A stretch of DNA of 24,000 nucleotides from Actinomycetaceae bacterium (GCA_030537795.1 JAUNVE010000007.1:9891-33890), one strand, 5' to 3'. Numbered from the stretch's first letter, positions 1 through 12,376 are shown. Made by a program: numbers and translations. Notes: generated from the sequence alone by a model not told the origin.

Positions 1-717
1 GATGGCCGTGACGTGGGCAGCATAGGTGCCCGTCGCGCCATTAATCTTTCCGAGGAAATCTATGTTTTCAATGCGTTTGATTTGGCGAGAGAGTCGGTAG
101 GCGAATACGGCCAGCTCCTTACCCATTGTTGAGGGGGTGGCGGGTTGTCCGTGGGTGCGACACAACATCGGAATGTTGGCATTTTCTTTCGCTCGTGTCA
201 CCAGATCATCGCGGAGCTGACGGGCCGCCGGCAACCATCCTTTTTCGACTCCTGCCTTAATCACGAGGGCGTATGAGAGGTTATTAATGTCTTCCGACGT
301 GCAGAAGATGTGGACGACTTCGTGCAGTTGAGGGAGAACAGAATCGGGGATGTGTGTAGGGGCTGCATCGAGGCGGTCTTTAATAAAGTATTCGACGGCT
401 TTCACGTCGTGTCGAGTGACAGCTTCGGTGGCGGCCAGTTCTCGGATAGCCTCCGCATCAAATTCCTCGGTTAGTGAACGCAGGTAGGAGCGTTCGCTGT
501 CTGACAGTTGTGGTGCGCCGGGAAGAACGCCGTGATCGAGAAGATAAATAAGCCACTCTACTTCGACAAATACGCGGGCACGATTGAGGCCAGCTTCTGA
601 AAAGTAGTTGCTGAGCTCTGCAACGACGGGACGATAGCGTCCGTCGAGTGCCCCGAGAGCAATGGCGGGTTGGAGTTCAGCAAAATTTACATGATGAGCA
701 GGTGGGAAAACAGTCAT
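1..717 (-). CDS. purB: Adenylosuccinate lyase, N-terminal 239 codons; the C-terminus runs off the left edge
   Basis: Absent from the ORF track because it has no in-window stop. My minus-strand translation from the ATG (complement of 715-717) reads MTVFPPAHHVNFAELQPAIALGALDGRYRP...VVHIFCTSEDINNLSYAL...IPMLCRTHGQPATPSTMGKELAVFAYRL...FLGKINGATGTYAAHVTAI. The blocks TSEDINN, RTHGQPATP(S/T)T.GKE and GKINGA.G.Y.AH are hallmarks of PurB-type adenylosuccinate lyase. The frame is open for all 239 codons. Confidence 0.85.
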   Translation of the reverse strand, partial: MTVFPPAHHVNFAELQPAIALGALDGRYRPVVAELSNYFSEAGLNRARVFVEVEWLIYLLDHGVLPGAPQLSDSERSYLRSLTEEFDAEAIRELAATEAVTRHDVKAVEYFIKDRLDAAPTHIPDSVLPQLHEVVHIFCTSEDINNLSYALVIKAGVEKGWLPAARQLRDDLVTRAKENANIPMLCRTHGQPATPSTMGKELAVFAYRLSRQIKRIENIDFLGKINGATGTYAAHVTAI

Positions 718-856
718 GCCACTATCGTCCCATATCAGTGCGCCGAGGCGGCTGTCGTGCATCACGGTGTGGACAGTGATTATCCACAGCCTGCACAATC
801 CACAGCATCCGGTGCCTATGGCGGTGGTCAGACCGGGATATTCGTACGGTAACCAC

Positions 857-1105
857 ATGTACGATTTACCTGCTCTTCACGTTGACCACGCTATTGCACT
901 ATTGGATGATGCTCTGGATGTATTCGCATCGATTACGCTTGACTGGTCGGGGCCTTCAGCCCAATGCGCTCGTCACGATATTGCCCAGATACAAGCAAAG
1001 ATCGTGCAACTGCTCGGTATTGTCGGTGATACCCGCCAGGCCTGCGTGGTTGCAGAGCAAGAAAAACAACTTGCAGTGTGGTCAGCATTGGCGCTGGGAT
1101 TATGA
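857..1105 (+). CDS. Small helical protein with a W-x-G motif (WXG100/Esx-like candidate); 82 aa from ATG 857, or 95 aa from ATG 818
   Basis: This is the 3' part of track ORF 716-1105: MYDLPALHVDHAIALLDDALDVFASITLDWSGPSAQCARHDIAQIQAKIVQLLGIVGDTRQACVVAEQEKQ... There are two long amphipathic segments separated by W-S-G (nt 944-952). Size is in the WXG100 range. With the ATG-818 start the Trp would be residue 43 of 95. The TGA stop (1103-1105) overlaps the ATG (1102-1104) of the next gene (ATGA coupling). The upstream part of the track ORF (716-856) overlaps the purB start and promoter, so I discard it. The start codon is uncertain and there is no clear SD. Confidence 0.5.
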   Translation: MYDLPALHVDHAIALLDDALDVFASITLDWSGPSAQCARHDIAQIQAKIVQLLGIVGDTRQACVVAEQEKQLAVWSALALGL

Positions 1106-2610
1106 CCGATCAGATTCTCATAGATTCCGGGCCCGTTACGGTGGATACTCATAGTTTGCGTCGCGCCGCATCGGTTATCGGAACCGTACCGTGGATGATT
1201 AACTCCGCCATGTTATCGCTACGATTAGCAGCAGCGTCTCTGCAGGGAATATCGACTGCGTCGGCGATCAACGCGTTGTCACAGATTCACACGGCAGTAG
1301 ATTATGAGCATACGCATCAATTGATAGCAGGGGTAGAAGATTGCGAGGCTCATTTACGCACAGCCGCCGATATCTACGATGCGACCGATGGGCGCGTGAG
1401 CAGTATCGGATGGTGGCTATCACATAAACAAGTTGGCGCGATCGGTATTGAATCAACCGTAGCTTTAGCTGCTGATGACCTCTACCCGGTGATTGGGGTG
1501 TTGGACATAATATGGCGGGCTGCCCACAAATTCGACCTGCTTTCTCTCGATGTCGAGGGCGGGCCCTGGGGGCCACGACTTAAACCTCACCAGCTCGTCA
1601 TGCCGTGGCTAGTAGCCACCGCGGAGCACCGCCATTTAACTCGAAACGGTGATACAGCCCTAGAAAAGAGTGCCAGTACTCTCTCCCGGGTATATCCGCG
1701 TATCGAAAAAGCGCAAGGAACCTATTTGCCGTATATCGAAACAGCCGACTCCGAAAGCTCAACCGAGCGCAGGTCCGTTTCCCATCAGCGGGACATGTAT
1801 CGATATTCGCTTGAATCCGTATCCGCGGCCGCCCTCGCCACCTCGGTCAGAGTGTCGGTAACGGCATCGAGCCCAGTCACCTCGACGCCCTCCACGCCCG
1901 CGGCACTATTGCATAAAGTCCGCGATTTACGGGATAACCCTACCGCGCTGGAAGCGAAAACCTCGGATGACGATCCCCCCGCTAGCGGAGAGTTTGAGAT
2001 TTTGCGGCATCACACTCCTGGCCGTGAGCGTCCCACGTGGTCTGTTGTCGTCAAGGGAACTCAAGTATGGGGGCCGGGATCATCGAATCCTCAGGACATG
2101 CAAACGAATTTGGCTACCGTAGGACGGACTCCTTCTGATCAGGAGGCTGCAATTATTTCGGCTCTTCCCCTTGCCGGTGTGCAACCGGGGGATGTGGTGG
2201 AATTTGTGGGGCATTCGCAGGGAGGAATCGTAGCTGCCTCACTGGCGGCTTCTCCGGTCATTACCGATCACTATTCGGTGGCATCGGTGATAACAGCCGG
2301 GTCACCCGTGTCCGGCATCGAAATACCGCAGAATACCCCGGTCTTATCTTTTGAGAATACGGCTGATATTGTGCCTGCTCTCGACGGCCAAGCGGCACGG
2401 CCATCGCCGGACCATATCGTTGTCTATTCGACCGGTGGTAACAGTGCACATGACCTCGGAGGGTACCTATCGGCGGCTACTCATGCGGATAACCGATTAC
2501 ACGCAGATTATGACGCATGGGTAGGAAAACGAAGCGAAGCACTGGCATTGACTGCGGAAACGGTAACGTCAAGTCAACGATTTACCGTTACGCGTGTGAG
2601 GTCTCCCTAG
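1102..2610 (+). CDS. Two-domain protein with an N-terminal Esx-like helical hairpin carrying YxxxD and a C-terminal class-3-lipase-like alpha/beta hydrolase (putative secreted lipase/esterase)
   Basis: Track ORF 1078-2610, with the start moved to ATG 1102 (MTDQILIDSG...) because of the ATGA overlap with the upstream gene. The N-terminal ~100 aa are helical and end in ...HLRTAADIYDATDG (Y92-x-x-x-D96, nt 1375-1389). A Ser/Thr/Pro-rich linker follows (SVTASSPVTSTPSTPAA). The C-terminus shows the lipase_3-like motif order: WSVVVKGTQ (the RGT-like strand), VEFVGHSQGGIVAA (nucleophile elbow G-H-S-Q-G, nt 2209-2223), ITAGSPVSG, ENTADIVPALDG (Asp) and GGNSAHDLGGY (His). I see no N-terminal signal peptide or TM segment. 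Confidence 0.6.
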   Translation: MTDQILIDSGPVTVDTHSLRRAASVIGTVPWMINSAMLSLRLAAASLQGISTASAINALSQIHTAVDYEHTHQLIAGVEDCEAHLRTAADIYDATDGRVSSIGWWLSHKQVGAIGIESTVALAADDLYPVIGVLDIIWRAAHKFDLLSLDVEGGPWGPRLKPHQLVMPWLVATAEHRHLTRNGDTALEKSASTLSRVYPRIEKAQGTYLPYIETADSESSTERRSVSHQRDMYRYSLESVSAAALATSVRVSVTASSPVTSTPSTPAALLHKVRDLRDNPTALEAKTSDDDPPASGEFEILRHHTPGRERPTWSVVVKGTQVWGPGSSNPQDMQTNLATVGRTPSDQEAAIISALPLAGVQPGDVVEFVGHSQGGIVAASLAASPVITDHYSVASVITAGSPVSGIEIPQNTPVLSFENTADIVPALDGQAARPSPDHIVVYSTGGNSAHDLGGYLSAATHADNRLHADYDAWVGKRSEALALTAETVTSSQRFTVTRVRSP

Positions 2611-2999
2611 TTATTTTGCCCACTGGTTAGAGGATCGAGGATAGCGCCAATGAGGGCGGCAACAATGGCCGTAATAATGGCGCCGAAGAAGGCGGCCCAA
2701 AACCCGCTGACATCGAGACCGTAGGCGGTTTGTTGGGAGAGCCAGCCGGTGAGCATAAACATCAGTGCGTTGACGACGAAGGCGAATAAACCCAGCGTTA
2801 AGAGATAGACCGGAAACGTGACGAGTTTCAACACCGGACGGACGATCATATTGACCGCGGTGAAAATCGACGCAATCACCACCAGTGTGATCAGTAATTC
2901 TGTCGGATGGGACGTGGCGGGCAATGTAATGCCATTGATCAAGGAGGCAGCCAGCCAGATCCCCGCCATATTCCCGATGACTTTGAGTACAAATTGCAT
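2607..2999 (-). CDS. DUF360 / phage-holin-family-4-like small membrane protein (130 aa, about 4 TM)
   Basis: MQFVLKVIGNMAGIWLAASLINGITL...VNMIVRPVLKLVTFPVYLLTLGLFAFVVNALMFMLTGWL...GFWAAFFGAIITAIV. The block RP.LK.L..P...LTLGLF..V.NAL....T.W is the conserved core of the DUF360 (Phage_holin_4_2) family. Its last 4 nt overlap the stop of the convergent lipase gene. Confidence 0.75.
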   Translation of the reverse strand: MQFVLKVIGNMAGIWLAASLINGITLPATSHPTELLITLVVIASIFTAVNMIVRPVLKLVTFPVYLLTLGLFAFVVNALMFMLTGWLSQQTAYGLDVSGFWAAFFGAIITAIVAALIGAILDPLTSGQNN

Positions 3000-3116
3000 A
3001 ACTCTATGGTGACAGGTCTAGCTCCACCATAAAAGTAGAGCGGGTATTTCCACTATTTCTCACCACCGAGAGCGAAAGCGTCTTAAGCTGACGTTAAGGA
3101 CTACAAAGGAGTGGAC

Positions 3117-4007
3117 ATGGCACACAATGATGGCGGAATCAGTGAAGCTGATCGCGTGAAGGTCACGAAGATTCCAAATAAAGTGTATGAAGCTGAGCTG
3201 TACCGACTGCAGGGTGAACTGGGAAAGCTTCAACGGTGGGTGAAATCAACGGGAGCGCGCGTCGTCATTATATTTGAAGGTCGTGATGCGGCGGGTAAAG
3301 GTGGCACTATCAAGCGCATCACCGAGTATTTATCTCCGCGAGTAGCGCGTATCGTCGCCCTCCCCACACCAACTGAGCGGGAGAAAACTCAATGGTATTT
3401 CCAGCGTTACATCCAACATTTGCCTGCCGCCGGAGAGATCGTGTTATTCGACCGCTCGTGGTACAACCGTGCCGGGGTGGAAAAAGTCATGGAATTTGCA
3501 ACTCCGCAACAGGTGCAACAGTTTATGCGGCAGTGCCCCATTTTTGAACAAATGCTCGTTGAAGACGGTATTCACTTACGAAAATACTGGTTCTCGGTGT
3601 CTGATCAGATGCAACTCAAACGTTTTAAGAAGAGACTCGATGATCCGTTGCGTCAATGGAAGCTGTCACCGATGGATCTAGAATCCATTACCCGGTGGGA
3701 GGATTACTCGCGGGCCAAGGACGAAATGATGGTGCATACAGACACCGCTTATGCACCGTGGCATCACGTGTTGTCTGACTCGAAAAAGCAGGCGAGAATC
3801 AACATGATTGCGCATCTGTTGGACTCTCTGCCGTACCACGAAGTTGAGCATGAAGCGAAAGTCGAGCTACCGGAGAGGCCTAAGTCAACCGGGTATGTTC
3901 GACCGTCCGTGGCGATTTCCAAATATGTACCAGATCGCGCCGGGAAGCTCGTCGAGGAAGCCAAACACCATAAAGGAGATCATCCGGTAGGTGATTCGGA
4001 GGACTAG
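3117..4007 (+). CDS. ppk2: Polyphosphate kinase 2 (single-domain PPK2)
   Basis: YEAELYRLQGELGKLQRWV...VVIIFEGRDAAGKGGTIKRI (P-loop), ...REKTQWYFQRYIQHLPAAGEIVLFDRSWYNRAGVE...W.LSPMD. These are textbook PPK2 motifs. I prefer ATG 3117 because AAGGAG (3106-3111) lies 5 nt upstream. The track start at 3111 is a GTG inside that SD. Confidence 0.88.
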   Translation: MAHNDGGISEADRVKVTKIPNKVYEAELYRLQGELGKLQRWVKSTGARVVIIFEGRDAAGKGGTIKRITEYLSPRVARIVALPTPTEREKTQWYFQRYIQHLPAAGEIVLFDRSWYNRAGVEKVMEFATPQQVQQFMRQCPIFEQMLVEDGIHLRKYWFSVSDQMQLKRFKKRLDDPLRQWKLSPMDLESITRWEDYSRAKDEMMVHTDTAYAPWHHVLSDSKKQARINMIAHLLDSLPYHEVEHEAKVELPERPKSTGYVRPSVAISKYVPDRAGKLVEEAKHHKGDHPVGDSED

Positions 4008-4091
4008 TTACCCGGGCGGGTTACTGATCTGGCGCGGGACGCCTGCCTGCTGAGAGAAACGATCGAAGCGTAACTGCGTGGCGGTGAAAGG

Positions 4092-4898
4092 TTACCACGG
4101 CAAAGTAGCCAGAACGATCAATGAAAGGAGCACTTCGGGCCAGCCTATCGCCTTGGGTTTCCAAGGTTTCCCGCGCTTTGTCGCAATGAGGGGCATCGCG
4201 ATTGCACGTCCCGCAATAATAGTCCACACAGCAACATGAGCCCACGACACTAAGCCGTAGATAGCAGCGATGGCTACGCACAGAACAATGCTGATGTGCA
4301 TGATGGAAGATCCGATAAACCACGGCCGCGAGTTACGTTCACGGATCAGTGTTTTGACATAGGGAACGGTGGAGATGAAGTAGGTGGCGAGAAGAGCCAT
4401 CATGGTCCATGACTGCGTAGATACTGCGCCTTTAGCAAACCACGGTTCACCCGATGCGACGGTGGCAGTAACGGGAATCATAAGCGATGAAGCGACAATG
4501 GCGACGCTTCGCGATATCATTTCGCGCTCCCGGCGCGCCCACGCCCGATGGGCAGAAATAGCGACTAGAGGAAGAAATAACGGAGCCCACCACAGCAATC
4601 CCGGCTGCAGGATAATGAGCATGACGGTGGCGACACCGCTTACGGAGGCATAGGTGATCAGTGCTGGTCGATAGCGCGGCTTGAAACGGTATTTTAGCCA
4701 CTTTTCCGCCACGGAGAACAAGAAAAATCCAGCGCTCCAGGCAATGGCGAGAAGGGTGAATAACGGGGTTTTCTCATTGATGATCATGCCGATGATGAGA
4801 GGAAAAAATCCCATTGCCCACGATCCGTGTTGGTCGGGAACCCATCCGTTGACGATAGCTTTTGATTTACGTCTACGTTTCTTCATGGTTTCCATCAT
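4092..4898 (-). CDS. YwiC-like family polytopic membrane protein
   Basis: Track ORF 4092-4958. The N-terminal motif KSKAIVNGWVPDQHGSWAMGFFPLIIG resembles the P.QHGAW.M...P signature of YwiC-like proteins, and about 8 hydrophobic segments follow. The start is uncertain: ATGs at 4898, 4895 and 4886 all precede the basic stretch KKRRRK. Confidence 0.5.
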   Translation of the reverse strand: MMETMKKRRRKSKAIVNGWVPDQHGSWAMGFFPLIIGMIINEKTPLFTLLAIAWSAGFFLFSVAEKWLKYRFKPRYRPALITYASVSGVATVMLIILQPGLLWWAPLFLPLVAISAHRAWARREREMISRSVAIVASSLMIPVTATVASGEPWFAKGAVSTQSWTMMALLATYFISTVPYVKTLIRERNSRPWFIGSSIMHISIVLCVAIAAIYGLVSWAHVAVWTIIAGRAIAMPLIATKRGKPWKPKAIGWPEVLLSLIVLATLPW

Positions 4899-5031
4899 AG
4901 GTCTGTCGCACTGAAATGGATCCGACAGGTTGTCAGATCCCCTCCAGGGTTGTTTCACCCGCGAAGGCTCTGCTATACCGCATGCCGGCGGGCAGTGTCT
5001 TTCCTCACCGTGAGATTGGTGAAGCTAATAA

Positions 5032-5064
5032 CCGAGGGGGCGCCCATCAAGAGCGCCCCCTCGG
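5032..5064 (-). terminator. Perfect 12-bp-stem GC-rich hairpin downstream of the permease gene
   Basis: CCGAGGGGGCGC (5032-5043), loop CCATCAAGA, GCGCCCCCTCGG (5053-5064). It lies 34 nt after the permease stop (5098) on the minus strand and before the YwiC-like gene. The trailing U-tract on the minus strand is weak (TTATTAG). Confidence 0.6.
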
Positions 5065-5097
5065 CGTAGAGCTAATAGATGTGTGAGAAGCTCTTAG

Positions 5098-6618
<1,521 letters not shown>

Positions 6619-6635
6619 TCAGCAGGTATCTGCCG

Positions 6636-7088
6636 TTATTTGTTGTGGAAGGAGTGACCTTCGACAGTGACGCGTAGGATGACTCCTTGGAAGTCATCCG
6701 AAGGCTCGAGCGCTGTCGCTTCTTCGGTTTCGAAGATGACGATATTACCCGGGGAGAGCGAGATGGTATGTGTTTCACCTTGGAAATGTTGACGATCCGT
6801 GAGGTCGCTATAATCATCGACTGCCGTCAGGGCGTCGATAGTGCCATAACCAATCGTCACCGTACCCTGTGAGCAGTAGACCACGCGTTGGTAGCGTCGA
6901 CTCGCCACGAGGGAATCATCTGCGCATGATTGTTTCTGGCATTTGATCCAGGTGAGGGAGTCACCGACGGAGTAGGCGACCCCCGGAAGAACTGTATCGA
7001 TGCAGTCTATTGCTTCGAGCGTTCTGTCCCATTTCTTAACTCCGCCAAGTACTTGTCCGAAGTCATCGAGGGTAGCGAAGAGTCTCAT
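6636..7088 (-). CDS. ebgC: YhcH/YjgK/YiaL-family protein, EbgC-like beta-galactosidase small subunit (150 aa)
   Basis: Track ORF 6636-7172 trimmed to the internal ATG (complement of 7086-7088): MRLFATLDDFGQVLGGVKKWDRTLEAIDCIDTVLPGVAYSVGDSLTW...RVTVEGHSFHNK. Length, the KKW..(C/T).EAI..I....PGVA.S.GDSLT block and the ...FHNK C-terminus match my recollection of E. coli EbgC. It starts 4 nt after the stop of the GH2 gene. Confidence 0.75.
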   Translation of the reverse strand: MRLFATLDDFGQVLGGVKKWDRTLEAIDCIDTVLPGVAYSVGDSLTWIKCQKQSCADDSLVASRRYQRVVYCSQGTVTIGYGTIDALTAVDDYSDLTDRQHFQGETHTISLSPGNIVIFETEEATALEPSDDFQGVILRVTVEGHSFHNK

Positions 7089-7092
7089 GGCT

Positions 7093-10182
<3,090 letters not shown>

Positions 10183-10262
10183 TTAGGTGGATAGACGCTA
10201 CCTCCCGCGGGTTACGTCGCGTGGCACAATGGTGGCTGTTGGTACGAAGAAGGGTGGCGGTA

Positions 10263-11273
10263 ATGACGAAGAACTCACGAGCAACTATCTCTGACGTCGC
10301 TCGTATGGCGGGCGTATCGAAAGGGACGGTTTCGCGAGTTCTTAAAGGAACGTATCCGGCATCGCAAGAAACTGTGGATGCCGTTCATCGGGCTGTGGAA
10401 GAGCTTGGATATGTGGCGTCAGTTCGGGCTCGTGCTCTCGCAGTGGGCAGGGCGGACGCTATCGCTGTCGTCTTGTCTGAACCATTTGACTATCTATTTG
10501 AAGACCCCACATTCGCGGCCATTATGAAGGGCATTTTTGACGCCATGAGTGGAACAGCATTTGTTCCGGTCGTGCTCCAGATGTCAACGGCTGTTGAGCA
10601 GAAGAAAGCTCTCCATTTGATATCCAACCAAGCGGTGGACGGTGTGATTCACCTGTCGCCGTGGAGCGATGAAGGCTTACTCGATGCACTTGTCAAACAC
10701 CCAGTTCCAGTTGTGCTGTGTGGGCAAACACGAAATCAAACGCACGCCCGCGAGTTTTCCGTGGTTTATGCCGATGACCACAACGGTGCTCGAGTGGCGG
10801 CGCAGCATCTTGTCGATGTAGGCGTGCAGGCGCCTATCGCCATCCTCGGGGATAGTACCCAACCGGCTGCCATCGATCGTCTCCAGGGCTATCGGGAGAT
10901 CTTTGGCGATCGTCTGGATGATTCGAGAATTGTATTTGGCGGATGGTCTGAATATGACGGTGCTATTGGACTGAATACCATAATGTCTCGCGGCGTGAAA
11001 TTCGATGGTGTTCTAGCCGGCTCGGACCGCATCGCACGAGGTGTTCTCGGCGTTTTGCGCGGCCTCCACAAATCAGTGCCGCAAGACGTGAAGATTGTTG
11101 GTTTCGATGATCACGAACTGGCCTCGGCATTTGCGCCGCAGCTGACTACTATCGCTCAACCAATGCATTATCAGGGCGAGCGAGCATTCTCGCTTGCCCT
11201 CGATATGATTTCCGGGACTGGTCCTACAACGGAAGTGCTCGAAACCGAGCTCAAAATCCGGGAAACTACCTAG
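10263..11273 (+). CDS. LacI/GalR-family transcriptional repressor (EbgR-like by context)
   Basis: Track ORF 10221-11273, start moved to ATG 10263. MTKNSRATISDVARMAGVSKGTVSRVLKG...VSQETVDAVHRAVEELGYVASVRARAL is the canonical LacI HTH plus hinge. A periplasmic-binding-protein-like sugar-binding core follows (...IVGFDDHELASAFAPQLTTIAQP). Confidence 0.9.
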   Translation: MTKNSRATISDVARMAGVSKGTVSRVLKGTYPASQETVDAVHRAVEELGYVASVRARALAVGRADAIAVVLSEPFDYLFEDPTFAAIMKGIFDAMSGTAFVPVVLQMSTAVEQKKALHLISNQAVDGVIHLSPWSDEGLLDALVKHPVPVVLCGQTRNQTHAREFSVVYADDHNGARVAAQHLVDVGVQAPIAILGDSTQPAAIDRLQGYREIFGDRLDDSRIVFGGWSEYDGAIGLNTIMSRGVKFDGVLAGSDRIARGVLGVLRGLHKSVPQDVKIVGFDDHELASAFAPQLTTIAQPMHYQGERAFSLALDMISGTGPTTEVLETELKIRETT

Positions 11274-11584
11274 TATTTTTTCATTCTGCTTAAGGAGCTT
11301 GCCCATGAGCCACTTAGCTCGCGGCATCCGATAGTTACTAGTGTGTTTTCTTGTCGTTAGTGGTGCAGGCTCTTTGTCGCGATTGTCGGCGAAAGCGACG
11401 AATAGTCCACATTGATTTTCTGCAGGATGACCGCAAAATCGTGTCGATCCGCCTCCAAGAGTGAAAAGCGACTCTCGCCAACCGTAAGTGCGGGCAGTAC
11501 AATAAATAAGTTCGGCAAGTCGAACTAAGAATATGTATAGTGACGCATAAGCACCCACGAAGCAGACGATAGGAGAGGTTAAGA

Positions 11585-12157
11585 ATGGCTCAGCACGTAA
11601 CCGTCATCGTTGGAAGTTTGCGCCGCGGTTCGTACGCTCGCAAGATTGCGCAGAACGTCCGCACAATGTTTCCGGAAAGATACCGCGCGCAGATCGTTGA
11701 AATTCGGGATCTCCCGCTGTACAACTTCGATTACGATGATCCCGAAGTGACAGACGTCGAGACTCCGGAAGAGTACACGAAGTTCCGCGAGACCATCAAG
11801 AACTCCGCGGGTGTTCTCTTCGTGACCCCTGAAAATAACCGAACGATTCCCGCCTGCCTTAAGAATGCGGTTGATATCGGTTCAAAGCCGAATAACGATG
11901 TGGCCTGGAAAGGGATTCCGGTGGGAATCATGAGTCACTCGGTGGGGCGTATGGGTGGGTACTCTTCTCAGAAGAACCTGCGTCTGGCACTGTCGTATTT
12001 CGATATGCCGACCGTGGGGCAGCCCGAAGTATTCCTCTCGCAGTCACCGACGTACATCGATGACGAAGGTAACATCATCCGCGAAGATACGGTGAAGTTC
12101 CTGCAGGGCTACGTCGACCGCTTTGTCGCACTGATGGACGAGGTCGGACGGGGGTAG
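11585..12157 (+). CDS. NAD(P)H-dependent FMN reductase (ChrR/YieF-like flavoprotein)
   Basis: VTVIVGSLRRGSYARKIA...LPLYNFDYD...AGVLFVTPENNRTIPACLKNAVDIGS...GIPVGIMSHSVGRMGGYSSQKNLRLAL matches the GSLR.GS / TPEYN...P..LKNA.D / GG..aQ..LR pattern of the FMN_red family. The SD GGAGAGG lies 7 nt upstream. Confidence 0.85.
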   Translation: MAQHVTVIVGSLRRGSYARKIAQNVRTMFPERYRAQIVEIRDLPLYNFDYDDPEVTDVETPEEYTKFRETIKNSAGVLFVTPENNRTIPACLKNAVDIGSKPNNDVAWKGIPVGIMSHSVGRMGGYSSQKNLRLALSYFDMPTVGQPEVFLSQSPTYIDDEGNIIREDTVKFLQGYVDRFVALMDEVGRG

Positions 12158-12205
12158 CCGACGGCAGCATTCCATCGTTTCGACCATATCTGAATACGAG
12201 CAAAT

Positions 12206-12247
12206 AAAACCGCTGACTCTCAACGTGGATTGAGTTTCAGCGGTTTT
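12206..12247. terminator. Bidirectional intrinsic terminator between the FMN reductase gene and tRNA-Pro
   Basis: AAAACCGCTGA(CTCTCAA-CGTGGA-TTGAG)TTTCAGCGGTTTT. This is a long hairpin flanked by an A-run on the left and a T-run on the right, so it reads as stem plus U-tract on both strands. Confidence 0.75.
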
Positions 12248-12254
12248 CACCGAG

Positions 12255-12328
<74 letters not shown>

Positions 12329-12347
12329 ATGTCTGAACGACCTGTCC

Positions 12348-12376
12348 AGTATAGCGATGACTTGAAGTGGCACCAA
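12348..12376 (-). promoter_or_regulatory. Candidate sigma-A promoter for tRNA-Pro (TTGGTG-N17-TATACT)
   Basis: On the minus strand, TATACT (complement of 12348-12353) ends 20 nt upstream of the mature tRNA 5' end. TTGGTG (complement of 12371-12376) lies 17 nt further upstream. Confidence 0.4.

Noticed and set aside
716-856. 5' part of track ORF 716-1105; its ATG 716-718 overlaps the purB start codon on the opposite strand
   Set aside because: This would place coding sequence across the whole purB divergent promoter. The encoded peptide (MPLSSHISAPRRLSCITVWTV...) has no helical or WXG character. Internal ATGs at 818 and 857 give a protein of WXG100 size.
1268-1576. Antisense ORFs inside well-supported genes (for example 1268-1576, 8235-8603, 17342-17671, 18644-19228, 19093-19749, 21402-21965, 22323-22781, 23228-23528)
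   Set aside because: They lie fully within, and opposite to, genes with clear family motifs. Their translations are Arg/Pro/Ser/Cys-rich low-complexity strings typical of shadow frames in GC-biased DNA. None has a convincing SD.
4008-4091. Possible terminator between the convergent ppk2 and YwiC-like genes (ACCCGGGCGGGT around 4012-4023)
   Set aside because: The stem is only 5 bp with a 2-nt loop and no U-tract, which is too weak to call.
11073-11558. 161-aa minus-strand ORF spanning the 3' end of the LacI-family gene and the long gap
   Set aside because: It overlaps the repressor gene by 200 nt and has no SD. Its translation (…CTARTYGWRESLFTLGGGSTRFCGHPAENQCG…) shows no domain-like pattern. 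It was considered only as part of the 11274-11584 gap finding.
11274-11584. FMN riboswitch upstream of the FMN reductase gene
   Set aside because: I looked for the conserved RFN core segments (GGGCAGGGTGAAATTCCC / CCGACAGT...AAGTCTGGATG-type blocks) and found nothing resembling them. The long leader remains unexplained (see findings).
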